This document shows, piece by piece, positions 44,829 through 53,199 of a stretch of 64,000 nucleotides of DNA. How positions within the stretch are numbered: position 1 is the first letter of the stretch; the number at the start of each line of letters is the position of its first letter. Below the pieces are notes generated by a model. It was not told the DNA's origin. It was given only the letters and a program-made list of their open reading frames with translations, and ran no database searches. The position numbers and the translations under genes are program-made. This DNA is from Candidatus Falkowbacteria bacterium (lineage in GTDB: Bacteria; Patescibacteriota; Patescibacteriia; Patescibacteriales; UBA12075). Where the stretch lies: positions 37,533 through 101,532 of the forward strand of contig DOSJ01000004.1 in NCBI GenBank assembly GCA_003514005.1. Direction: 5' to 3'.

Positions 44829-45131
44829 ATGTCATATTTTGGCGTGTTAATTGATAAAATTTCGGCTTATCCTTGGGTTGTAAAAGTGTTATTTTATATC
44901 TATTCTCTGAATTCAGAGGAGATTTGGATAATTATAATCATTACGGCATTACTTTTTGCGATTTTGGTTTATCGTTTGTGGGGTGCGACATTAATGTGGG
45001 TTTTGATGTTCTTGTATATGATAAGCTATGTTTTATATTCCGCAAATATTTTTGGGTATTATAAGGATAATAACAAAAGTAATGAGATACGGATGAACCA
45101 GATTCAAAATGAAATAAATAAGACAGAGTAA
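44829..45131 (+). CDS. Small integral membrane protein (100 aa)
   Basis: Three hydrophobic helices. Tightly coupled to the next gene (6-nt gap). Confidence 0.5.
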   Translation: MSYFGVLIDKISAYPWVVKVLFYIYSLNSEEIWIIIIITALLFAILVYRLWGATLMWVLMFLYMISYVLYSANIFGYYKDNNKSNEIRMNQIQNEINKTE

Positions 45132-45137
45132 AGAATT

Positions 45138-46355
45138 ATGTTAAATAAAATAGTATACCTAGTTTGTTCGCTTTTAGTTTTATTAAGTCCTATTGAAACA
45201 AAAGCGGTTTTTGAAGAGTTAAGCGGAAGAATTTTATTGCAGGTTGAAAGCCATGGTGAAGCTTGGTATTTTTCTCCTGTTGTTAAAAAACGTTTTTATC
45301 TTGGCCGTCCGGATGATGCCTTTCGGATTATGCGTGAGCAGGGAGTGGGAATTTCGAATCAAGATTTGGAGAAAATTCCGACAAGAGACGAACGCGCATC
45401 TTTTAATTTGGAATTTGCCAAAAAGCATAAGGGTAAAATATTTTTGGCAGTCGAAGACAAAGGTCAAGCTTGGTATATTAACCCTTTGGATTTGAAAAGA
45501 TATTATTTGGGCCGTCCTGCCGATGCATTTGCAATTTTACAACTTTTTGGACTTGGTATAAGCAATGCAAATTTATCAAAGATACCGGCTGTTTATGATA
45601 AATTGGAATATCTATCGCTAGAAAAACGGATTAATGATTTGATAAATAAAGAAAGAACAAAATCGGGCTTGAATGAACTTGCATATTCCGATGAGATTGC
45701 CGCTGTCGCAAGAGAACATAGTGAAAATCTTGCAAGAGAAAATAAAGCATTTACATCAATAAACAAAGTCTGCGATTTGCCAATGATTCATCATGAAGGA
45801 CTGGATTTTGGGATATCGCATAGCGAGCGATTGAATAATCGCAATATTTATAATTTTAGCCGCAGTGGTGAAAATATTGCCTTGATTGCTTCGCTTGATT
45901 ATAGCATCGAATATATTCCGGGTGATAATGTCGAGGCGGAATTGAAAGCTTGTGATCCGATTAGGCAGAAGGCTGAACTTGATTTTAAGGAAAAAATTAA
46001 TAATGCGAAAGAAGGCGACGAAAAATTAAATATTATAAAAAAAGAAATAACCAAACGTGTAAATTTTTTTAATAATTCCGCAAATATAGAGCCAATCAAT
46101 ATTGAAAATCATAGTGAAGAGAAAATTGCGGAAAAGACAGTCTTGGGTTGGATGGAAAGTCCGGGACACAAAAAAAATATTTTAACAGCCGAATATGATA
46201 CGACCGGAATCGGCGTAGCGATTATTGATACCTATATTATCGCGACGCAGGTTTTTACTAAAAAATCTGAGTGTGGCTTTTTTAACGGCCATTGCTGTGA
46301 ATCTGGCGGTTGTTATGTGCCGTATACATGCGGTAATGATGGAATGTGTCGATAA
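45138..46355 (+). CDS. Secreted CAP/SCP (YkwD-like) domain protein with two N-terminal GEAWY repeats
   Basis: Two copies of 'G(R/K)I(L/F)LxVExxGxAWYxxPxxxKR(F/Y)YLGRPxDAF'. The CAP-domain motifs 'AREHSENLA', 'GENIA' and 'GWMESPGHKKNIL' follow, then a Cys-rich tail. Confidence 0.75.
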   Translation: MLNKIVYLVCSLLVLLSPIETKAVFEELSGRILLQVESHGEAWYFSPVVKKRFYLGRPDDAFRIMREQGVGISNQDLEKIPTRDERASFNLEFAKKHKGKIFLAVEDKGQAWYINPLDLKRYYLGRPADAFAILQLFGLGISNANLSKIPAVYDKLEYLSLEKRINDLINKERTKSGLNELAYSDEIAAVAREHSENLARENKAFTSINKVCDLPMIHHEGLDFGISHSERLNNRNIYNFSRSGENIALIASLDYSIEYIPGDNVEAELKACDPIRQKAELDFKEKINNAKEGDEKLNIIKKEITKRVNFFNNSANIEPINIENHSEEKIAEKTVLGWMESPGHKKNILTAEYDTTGIGVAIIDTYIIATQVFTKKSECGFFNGHCCESGGCYVPYTCGNDGMCR

Positions 46356-46373
46356 TAAAATATTAATAATTAT

Positions 46374-46979
46374 ATGCAAACATACATTATTTACGGAGCA
46401 ATATCAGCGATTATAATTTATTTTTTAAGTAAATTTATTTTTGATCTTTTGTTGCGCGGTTTTTCGCCATTTATCCAATCCCGGCCATGGGTGGTTGACC
46501 AGATTTCTTCGCACTTAAAAATAACGCAAAAAAATCCGAACTTTTTAGCCCTAAGCTCAGGCCGTTCTGGTTTTTTTAATGTTCTTGCAAAAAAATATCC
46601 GACCGCAAAATTGACAGGAGTTGAGCCGTATTTTTTTTCTTATTTGGTCGCGATAACGCAAATTTTTATCAGGCGCAGTCCAATAAAAATTATCCATCAA
46701 GCCGTCCATCATGTAAATTATAAAGAAGCAGACCTTGTTTATTGTCATTTAGAGCCGGATCAGATGCGCGACCTGGGTGCAAAATTGAAGTTTGAATGCA
46801 AACCGGGCGCGTTGATTGTCAGTACCGGTTTTAACATTGTCGGCCTCAAACCATCTAAAGTAATTGATTTGCCAGATCGCAAAGGCAGGCTGGATTGGCT
46901 TTCAAAAAACCAAAAACTATTTCAAGCAAAGCATAAGAAATATAAAAAGGAAAAAAAGGCTTATTTTTATGAGATTTAG
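46374..46979 (+). CDS. Putative class I SAM-dependent methyltransferase-like protein (weak)
   Basis: N-terminal TM helix. 'LALSSGRSGFFNVLAKKYPTAKLTGVE' loosely resembles motifs I/II of Rossmann methyltransferases. Confidence 0.35.
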   Translation: MQTYIIYGAISAIIIYFLSKFIFDLLLRGFSPFIQSRPWVVDQISSHLKITQKNPNFLALSSGRSGFFNVLAKKYPTAKLTGVEPYFFSYLVAITQIFIRRSPIKIIHQAVHHVNYKEADLVYCHLEPDQMRDLGAKLKFECKPGALIVSTGFNIVGLKPSKVIDLPDRKGRLDWLSKNQKLFQAKHKKYKKEKKAYFYEI

Positions 46980-47051
46980 AGGTAATTTGCAATAATATAG
47001 TTTTTTGCTAAAATAAGTTTAATAAAATAATCTCGTCATTTTAATCGTCAC

Positions 47052-47179
47052 GCAAATGTTTGATATTTCTTATTTTTCCTCCTGTCCCCTTCGGGACTCG
47101 CACACACCATGTGGTAGTTCAATTATTTTTTAGGCTCAAACAGTCCTCGGAGTAAAAATAAGAAATATCAAACATTTGC
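47052..47179. repeat. Structured ~125-nt repeat, copy 1 (long covarying stem; MITE-like or RNA element)
   Basis: GCAAATGTTTGATATTTCTTATTTTTCCTCC ... GGAGTAAAAATAAGAAATATCAAACATTTGC. The second copy is at 52995-53115. It lies in the argS 5' UTR, with a putative promoter TTGCAA-16-TAAAAT at ~46986-47013. Confidence 0.85.
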
Positions 47180-47202
47180 TAACTAAAATAAATACATTTT
47201 TT

Positions 47203-48966
47203 ATGTACTCACTTAATAAAATAAAACAAACTATTGCAGAAGAGGTAAATCGGATTGTTGGTGCTGATATTGTTTTGGCTGAAAATCTGGTCTATCCGCC
47301 GAATGCCGAGATGGGGGATTTGAGTTTGCCGTGTTTTGTTTTGGCAAAACAGCTAGGTAAAAATCCGGCGCAGGTGGCGGAATTTTTGGTAGGTCAAATA
47401 AAATCCAAGGGCGCAATCGCGGGCGTGAGCGCGCTTGGGCCGTATTTTAACATCAAGCTTGTTAAAAATGTATTGGCTAGTTCGGTTATTCATGAGATTA
47501 ATGAACAAAAAGAAAAATATGGAATTAACGAAAGTGGCGAAAGGCAAAAGCTATTGATTGAATTTTCCAATGTGAATACGCACAAGGAGTATCATGCCGG
47601 ACATTTGCGCAATCTTTGTTATGGCGACGCGGTTACGCGGATCATGTCCGCAAATGATTATCAGGCCATACCGGTTTCGTATGTGAACGATTTCGGAATT
47701 CATGTGGCAAAAACATTGTGGGCGCTCATCGCTTATTACCTAGACGACAAGCTTGGGGCGGATATTGACGAAGATTTGAAAAAAGTTCCTGATAATGGCA
47801 ATCGGGGCGCGTTTTTGGGCGGTGTTTATGTAAAAGCGAGCCAGGAATTAAAAGAAAATAAAATTGCCAAATCGTTGGTTGAAATAATAATGAAAAAGAT
47901 CGAAAGCCGGAGCGGACAAGAATACGCGCTTTGGCAGAAAACGCGTGAATGGTCAATCGCGCAATTCGCGAAAATTTACGAAGAGCTTGGTGTTAATTTT
48001 ATTAAGACCTATTATGAAAGCGAATTTATTGATCGCGGGCGGGAGTTGGTTTTTGAATTATTAGATAAAGGGATCTTGCGCAAGAGCGAGGGCGCGGTGA
48101 TTGCCGATCTAGAAGAATACGGGCTTGGCGTCCTCGTCGTGTTGCGTACCGACGGTACGGCTACTTATCCGGTAGCTGACATTCCTTTGGCAATGGCAAA
48201 GTTCAAGGAGTACGAACCGGATGCTTCAATCTATATCGTGGATATCCGGCAGGCGCTATATTTCAAGCAGTTATTTCAGATTATGAAATTAATGGACTAT
48301 AAAAAGCCGATGATCCATTTGGGTTATGATGTTGTAAAATTACCGACCGGTATGATGTCGTCGCGTTCGGGCAATGTTATTACTTATGAAGATTTGAAAG
48401 AAAAATTAATTTCAAAGGCTAGCGCGGAAACGGTCGCGCGCCATCCGGAATGGGCAAAAGAAAAAATTGATTCTGTCGTAAACGCATTGGTTAAGGGCAC
48501 AATAAAATTTGAAATGTTAAAAATAGGACAGGATCAACCGATAACTTTTGACATGGAAAAGGCTTTGAGTTTTAGCGGTTTTACAGCGGCGTATTTGCAG
48601 TATACTTTTGCGCGGATGCAGAGTATTATTCGGAAAGACTATGAGTTAAGTAAGAAGTTAGAAGTAAGAAGTGAGAAGGATTTTAATTTGAGTAATCTTA
48701 CTGAAGAAAAAGAGCACAAATTGGTATTAAAGCTGGCAAAGTATCCGGAGGCGGTGAAGCAGGGTGGGAAGAATTTTGATCCTTCGGAAATTGCGCGGTA
48801 TCTTTTTGAATTGGCGCAGGAATTGAACGATTATTATCATAGTGTTCCGATCTTAAAAGTCGAAGCAGATGTTTGTCTTGCTAGGTTGCAACTGATTGTT
48901 TCCGCGTGCCAGATTATTTCAAATGGTCTTGGTTTACTGGGTATAGAAACGATCGATGAGATGTAA
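47203..48966 (+). CDS. argS: Arginyl-tRNA synthetase
   Basis: 'FSNVNTHKEYHAGHLRN' (HIGH region) and 'MSSRSGN' (KMSKS variant). The anticodon-binding DALR-type C-terminus ends in '..DEM'. The ATG at 47203 is preferred over the listed TTG at 47176. Confidence 0.9.
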   Translation: MYSLNKIKQTIAEEVNRIVGADIVLAENLVYPPNAEMGDLSLPCFVLAKQLGKNPAQVAEFLVGQIKSKGAIAGVSALGPYFNIKLVKNVLASSVIHEINEQKEKYGINESGERQKLLIEFSNVNTHKEYHAGHLRNLCYGDAVTRIMSANDYQAIPVSYVNDFGIHVAKTLWALIAYYLDDKLGADIDEDLKKVPDNGNRGAFLGGVYVKASQELKENKIAKSLVEIIMKKIESRSGQEYALWQKTREWSIAQFAKIYEELGVNFIKTYYESEFIDRGRELVFELLDKGILRKSEGAVIADLEEYGLGVLVVLRTDGTATYPVADIPLAMAKFKEYEPDASIYIVDIRQALYFKQLFQIMKLMDYKKPMIHLGYDVVKLPTGMMSSRSGNVITYEDLKEKLISKASAETVARHPEWAKEKIDSVVNALVKGTIKFEMLKIGQDQPITFDMEKALSFSGFTAAYLQYTFARMQSIIRKDYELSKKLEVRSEKDFNLSNLTEEKEHKLVLKLAKYPEAVKQGGKNFDPSEIARYLFELAQELNDYYHSVPILKVEADVCLARLQLIVSACQIISNGLGLLGIETIDEM

Positions 48967-49050
48967 TAAATTTTAGTATTAAGTATATAGTATATAGTAT
49001 TAAGTAAATTATTATTAAATAATTTATTTAATTTATATACTAAAAATTTT

Positions 49051-49755
49051 ATGAAAAAAATAGTAATTATTACGCTTAGTTTAGTTTTTTGTCTGAGCAT
49101 GACTGCCTGCGGTAAAAAAGCTGTGCAAAATAGTGCGCCAGCACCAACTGGAGGTTTGGAAGTCAAGGAGAATAATACCTTGCTGGGCTGGTTGAAAAAA
49201 GGCAAGGCGATCGAATGTGAAGTGCTTAGTCCAAGCGGCAGAGTGGCGATTAAATCCAAAAACGAAGCAGTGCGCATGGAGGGGATTCCATTCTTTTCAC
49301 CGGATTCCACCGGCGCACAGCCAAATGCCGCAAATGGCGTATTGCTAAACGCTAACGGTTGGACATATATGTGGGATCAAGAAACAAAAAAAGGTACCAA
49401 AATCAATGACGCGGAATTGGCAGAGCTTAGTGGCGAAGAAGAGGCCGCGGATGTGAGCAAAGATTGGAATGAGATGGTAAAAGAATGGGATGAGGCGCAG
49501 ATCGGCTATGATTGCAAAGAAGCGGCCTTGGGCGATGAGCTATTTTCAGAACCGACTGATATTGAATTTACGGATTTGACCGAAATATTGACCGGAGCAA
49601 AAAATATGGCAGACGAAGCTCTAAAAAATCTACCTATACCCGAAGCTCCGGAAGATATCAATATGGACGGCGTAACCATTCCAGAAGGCGCGACTCAGGA
49701 AGATATTGAAAAATTACTGGAAGAGCAGAATAGCGCAAGCGACATGGCGTTATAA
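49051..49755 (+). CDS. Lipoprotein, acidic C-terminal half
   Basis: Signal peptide with the lipobox-like 'LSMTAC'. No recognisable family. Confidence 0.6.
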   Translation: MKKIVIITLSLVFCLSMTACGKKAVQNSAPAPTGGLEVKENNTLLGWLKKGKAIECEVLSPSGRVAIKSKNEAVRMEGIPFFSPDSTGAQPNAANGVLLNANGWTYMWDQETKKGTKINDAELAELSGEEEAADVSKDWNEMVKEWDEAQIGYDCKEAALGDELFSEPTDIEFTDLTEILTGAKNMADEALKNLPIPEAPEDINMDGVTIPEGATQEDIEKLLEEQNSASDMAL

Positions 49756-49775
49756 TTATTAATAATCATATCCTT

Positions 49776-49806
49776 CCGCCCCGGTATATCCGGGGCGGTT
49801 TTTTGT
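49776..49806 (+). terminator. Rho-independent terminator
   Basis: CCGCCCCGG-TATAT-CCGGGGCGG followed by T6. Confidence 0.9.
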
Positions 49807-49908
49807 TTTTTAATCTGCCTTGACTTTTAACGTAATTCTTGGTAATTTGTTTGGTAGCTGTTTAACAATTTAGGTAAGTAGTAATAACTTATAACAAGGA
49901 GAAAAGCA

Positions 49909-51141
49909 ATGGCAAAAAATTTTTTGGTAGTGTCACCGAGTTTTGTGGAAGAAATGAAAGAAACAAAAGCAAAAATAGACAGAATGGCGGTATTTGCAGA
50001 AATATTTTTAATTCTTGATGATAAGTATGAAATTAATTTGCCACAAGCGGAGATTTTAATAATTTTAGAAAAAAAAGGATTTAACTATTCAATTTCAGTT
50101 ATACGGAATTTTCTAAAAATAATTAGAGAAACAAGAGAATTTTTATTTGATAAGTCAGAAAATAAAATTGCAGATTTTGTGAATTATTTCAATGAAACAG
50201 CTACGAGAAGTGGTTATACAAGATTTGTGAATATTGGAATATCTTGTTTTATTGCGGATAAAATAACTAGCTGGGAGCAAGTTGAAAAACTTATGTCAGG
50301 AAAAAATGACGAAGTTGTCGATATTCCTTCGTTTGAAATCAAGCCAGACGTTGAAAAAAATTTGGCAGAAGAATGTGTTGATAGAGTTTCTGACTTGTTT
50401 AAATCTTTGATAGATGAGTATGATTTATTAAAAAATGAAAATGATTCAATGCATAAGTCAATAAGCTTTTATGAAAATGGATTTAAGAAGCTACAATCGG
50501 AGCACTGCGAATGTCTTGATGAATTAAAAGATTTGAAAAGTGTTGAAGAAATTAATATCGGCTTAATCGAAGAGATGGAAAAATTTAAATTAGAGATAGC
50601 TGGTTTAAAAAAGGAAAAAAGCCAAGACAATAAAACCATTGAATTCTTGAAGGAAACAAAACAGCAATTAGATTCGGAAATTACCAGATTAAAACAAGAG
50701 ATTGAAGAATTAAAAAAAACCGATATACAAAAAGTTTATTCAATGATTACAAATTTGACGGAAAAAGGATTGGAGCGAGGAGGCCAGGCAAAAATTATAG
50801 GGAACGGAAAAGAAAAGTTTCAAAATAGTGATCTTTTGCCAAAAAAATATATACCTGAAGGAAATGATATCGTATATTCAAAATTATTTATTGCTCAATT
50901 CAATGATTTAGACCGGACGGTGGCAAAAAATATTTCAAAAACCATTCGATTAATTTCGGAGAACGGTCTTAATGTTATATCGGCTAGCAACAAGAAAGTA
51001 ATTCAAAAATGTGTTACAGGAGTACCTGATAAATCAATCCAGGTAACAATAAAAAAATACCGGACTATGTGCAGGGTATTTGCTCATGTATTGTATTTTT
51101 ATGATGTGTTCCATCGAAAAAATTCACCATACGCAAGTTAA
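49909..51141 (+). CDS. Coiled-coil protein with RelE/ParE-like C-terminal region (410 aa)
   Basis: Central heptad-rich Glu/Lys region. The last ~95 aa ('FIAQFNDLDRTVAKNISKTIRLI...KKYRTMCRVFAHVLYFYDVFHRKNSPY') resemble the RelE/ParE pattern (YRiiY....v.il.v.HRk..Y). Confidence 0.55.
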   Translation: MAKNFLVVSPSFVEEMKETKAKIDRMAVFAEIFLILDDKYEINLPQAEILIILEKKGFNYSISVIRNFLKIIRETREFLFDKSENKIADFVNYFNETATRSGYTRFVNIGISCFIADKITSWEQVEKLMSGKNDEVVDIPSFEIKPDVEKNLAEECVDRVSDLFKSLIDEYDLLKNENDSMHKSISFYENGFKKLQSEHCECLDELKDLKSVEEINIGLIEEMEKFKLEIAGLKKEKSQDNKTIEFLKETKQQLDSEITRLKQEIEELKKTDIQKVYSMITNLTEKGLERGGQAKIIGNGKEKFQNSDLLPKKYIPEGNDIVYSKLFIAQFNDLDRTVAKNISKTIRLISENGLNVISASNKKVIQKCVTGVPDKSIQVTIKKYRTMCRVFAHVLYFYDVFHRKNSPYAS

Positions 51142-51150
51142 ATAATTTCT

Positions 51151-51184
51151 GGGTTCTGCTAAAAAAAAGCAGAGCCCTTTTTTA
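51151..51184 (+). terminator. Rho-independent terminator
   Basis: GGGTTCTGC-A8-GCAGAGCCC followed by T6. Confidence 0.85.
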
Positions 51185-51212
51185 TTGACAAGAAAAATAA
51201 ATAATATATAAT
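51185..51212 (+). promoter_or_regulatory. Consensus sigma70-type promoter of the glyQS leader
   Basis: TTGACA, 16 nt, then TATAAT. Confidence 0.75.
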
Positions 51213-51218
51213 GAGAAT

Positions 51219-51370
51219 ATAAGCAATTTTGGGAGATTGGCACCCGAAAAAAATTGCTTATCAATCAAGGCGCCCCGGTTGCGATCGGGGAAACTAGATG
51301 GAACCGCGGGAATTACCTCGTTCTAGTACTTAAAAATAATTTTTTAAGTATTGGAACGAGGTCTTTTTTT
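51219..51370 (+). promoter_or_regulatory. Glycine T-box riboswitch leader (minimal Stem I) with intrinsic terminator
   Basis: Stem I AAGCAATTTT..AAAATTGCTT has the apical loop AGAUUGGCA, with the GGC Gly codon followed by A. Stem III is CCCCG-GTTGCGAT-CGGGG. The T-box is AACTAGATGGAACCGCGGG, with UGGA in the bulge. The antiterminator ACTAGA/TCTAGT competes with the terminator ACCTCGTTC...GAACGAGGT + CT7 (51315-51370). It lies upstream of glyQS. Confidence 0.7.
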
Positions 51371-51378
51371 ATAAAGAA

Positions 51379-51522
51379 TACAAATTACAAATTGCTACAA
51401 ATATCACAAATATTAATTAAAAAATTAGTTATAATTAAGACGTTTAAACTAGGTGATTATCTTTGTTAAAAAAAATGTAAACGAAAAGTATTTGTGTAAT
51501 TTATAGCAATTTGTAATTTGTA
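51379..51522. repeat. Imperfect 34-nt inverted repeat of ATTACAA-type heptamers flanking a 76-nt AT-rich spacer
   Basis: TACAAATTACAAATTGCTACAAATATCACAAATA pairs with TATTTGTGTAATTTATAGCAATTTGTAATTTGTA (3 mismatches). The spacer contains GTTATAAT. Confidence 0.85.
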
Positions 51523-51563
51523 ATCTTAAAATAATTTGTAATCTTATAATAATTCAAAAAAAT

Positions 51564-52964
51564 ATGCAAAATCAAACAACAATTGAAAAAATCACATCAC
51601 TTGCAAAACGGCGGGGTTTTGTGTTTCCGTCTTCGGAAATATATGGGGGCTTTGCGGCCGTGTACGATTACGGTCATTATGGCATTTTGTTAAAAAATAA
51701 TTTGGCGGCGGCTTGGTGGAAGCATATGGTGCAGTTGCGTCCGGATGTTGTTGGTTTGGATTCGGCGATATTTATGCATCCGACAACCTGGAAAGCGAGC
51801 GGGCATGTGGACGGCTTTGATGATCCACAGATCGATTGCCGCGATTGTAAAGCGCGCATGCGCGCGGATCATATGCTCGAAGCTTTTGGAATCGACGCGG
51901 ACAAGATGAGTGCGGCAGAAATAAATGAACAGATTGAAAAATTAAAAACAGAGGGCAAGGAATTGAAATGTATTTCCTGCGGGAAAAAGAACTTAACTCC
52001 TGCAAAAAGATTTTCGCTTATGGTAAAGTCCAATCTTGGTTCACCGACCGATGCTTTAAGCGAAGAGAATGTGGTATATTTGCGTCCGGAAACATGTGGT
52101 GGAATTTATTTGAATTATAAAAATACATTGGATTCAACCAGGGTTAAATTGCCGTTTGGTATTGCCCAAGTCGGTAAAGCTTTTCGCAATGAAATAGTCG
52201 CGCGCCAATTTATATTCCGCACGCGCGAATTTGAGCAGATGGAAATGCAATATTTTTTGCATCCATCCGACATGAACCGGAAATACGAGGAATGGAAAGA
52301 AGCGCGTTGGCAGTGGTATTTGGAATATGGCATTAAGGCGGAAAATCTGCGCTGGTACAAGCATATTAAGCTCGCGCATTACGCGGCCGCGGCTTTTGAT
52401 ATCGAATATAACTATACAGCACTTGGCGGATTCAAGGAGATGGAAGGTATTCATCAACGCGGTGATTGGGATTTGTCACAGCATAGTAAATTTTCAGGAC
52501 AGAAATTGGATTATACGGATCCAAAAAGCGGCGAGAAATTTATTCCGCACATCATGGAGACATCAGTTGGTCTCAATCGTATGTTTTTTGCATTTTTGCA
52601 CGAGGCTTATACCGAGGAAGGCGAGGGCGAAGATATGCGCGTTGTATTAAAATTCGACAAACGTTTGGCGCCGGTTAAAATAGCGGTTTTCCCTTTGCTA
52701 AAAAATAAGCCGGAGCTGGTTGCGAAGGCCGAAGAAGTCTTTAAAAATCTGGCAAAAAATTATATGTGCGAGTTTGATGATAACGGCAATATCGGCAAAC
52801 GCTATCGTCGTCAAGACGAGATCGGTACGCCGTATTGCGTTACAATCGATTTTGATACTTTGGAAAAAGATAATTGCGTAACCGTCCGTGATCGGGATAC
52901 TATGCAGCAAGAGCGGGTTAGTTTGGAAAATTTAAGTGTTTATTTTGCAGAAAAATTTGTATAA
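51564..52964 (+). CDS. glyQS: Glycyl-tRNA synthetase (alpha2 dimeric type)
   Basis: The N-terminal 'LAKRRGFVFPSSEIYGGFAAVYDYGHYG' and class II motifs ('FRNEI..R..FIFRTREFEQME', 'GIHQRGDWDL', 'ETSVGLNR') are typical of GlyQS. Confidence 0.9.
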   Translation: MQNQTTIEKITSLAKRRGFVFPSSEIYGGFAAVYDYGHYGILLKNNLAAAWWKHMVQLRPDVVGLDSAIFMHPTTWKASGHVDGFDDPQIDCRDCKARMRADHMLEAFGIDADKMSAAEINEQIEKLKTEGKELKCISCGKKNLTPAKRFSLMVKSNLGSPTDALSEENVVYLRPETCGGIYLNYKNTLDSTRVKLPFGIAQVGKAFRNEIVARQFIFRTREFEQMEMQYFLHPSDMNRKYEEWKEARWQWYLEYGIKAENLRWYKHIKLAHYAAAAFDIEYNYTALGGFKEMEGIHQRGDWDLSQHSKFSGQKLDYTDPKSGEKFIPHIMETSVGLNRMFFAFLHEAYTEEGEGEDMRVVLKFDKRLAPVKIAVFPLLKNKPELVAKAEEVFKNLAKNYMCEFDDNGNIGKRYRRQDEIGTPYCVTIDFDTLEKDNCVTVRDRDTMQQERVSLENLSVYFAEKFV

Positions 52965-52994
52965 AATTTTTGAAACTATTTTTAAATCACGAAC

Positions 52995-53115
52995 GCAAAT
53001 CTTAAATATTTCTTATTTTTCCTCCTGCGGAACTCGCCCACACCGCCAGATAATCCAGTCATTGTTTAGGCTCGAACAGTCCTCGGAGTAAAAATAAGAA
53101 ATATTTAAGATTTGC
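52995..53115. repeat. Structured ~125-nt repeat, copy 2
   Basis: GCAAATCTTAAATATTTCTTATTTTTCCTCC ... GGAGTAAAAATAAGAAATATTTAAGATTTGC. Arm differences from copy 1 are compensated on the opposite arm. Confidence 0.85.
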
Positions 53116-53199
53116 TAGAAAAAAAATGACGTTTAATCTTTTAATAAGTGAACGTTATTTTTTTGCAAATCGCATAAAAAAATGCTAATATAATAGCAT

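Noticed and set aside
47052-47179. A T-box or other amino-acid-specific riboswitch in the argS leader ('ATGTGGTAGTTC' faintly resembles GGTGGTACCGCG).
   Set aside because: That segment is not conserved in the second copy at 52995-53115. No specifier or antiterminator logic could be drawn. The same element also occurs at a position not upstream of a synthetase gene.
51254-51469. A 71-aa ORF upstream of glyQS.
   Set aside because: It overlaps the T-box, the terminator and the inverted-repeat arm. The region is better explained as a structured leader RNA.
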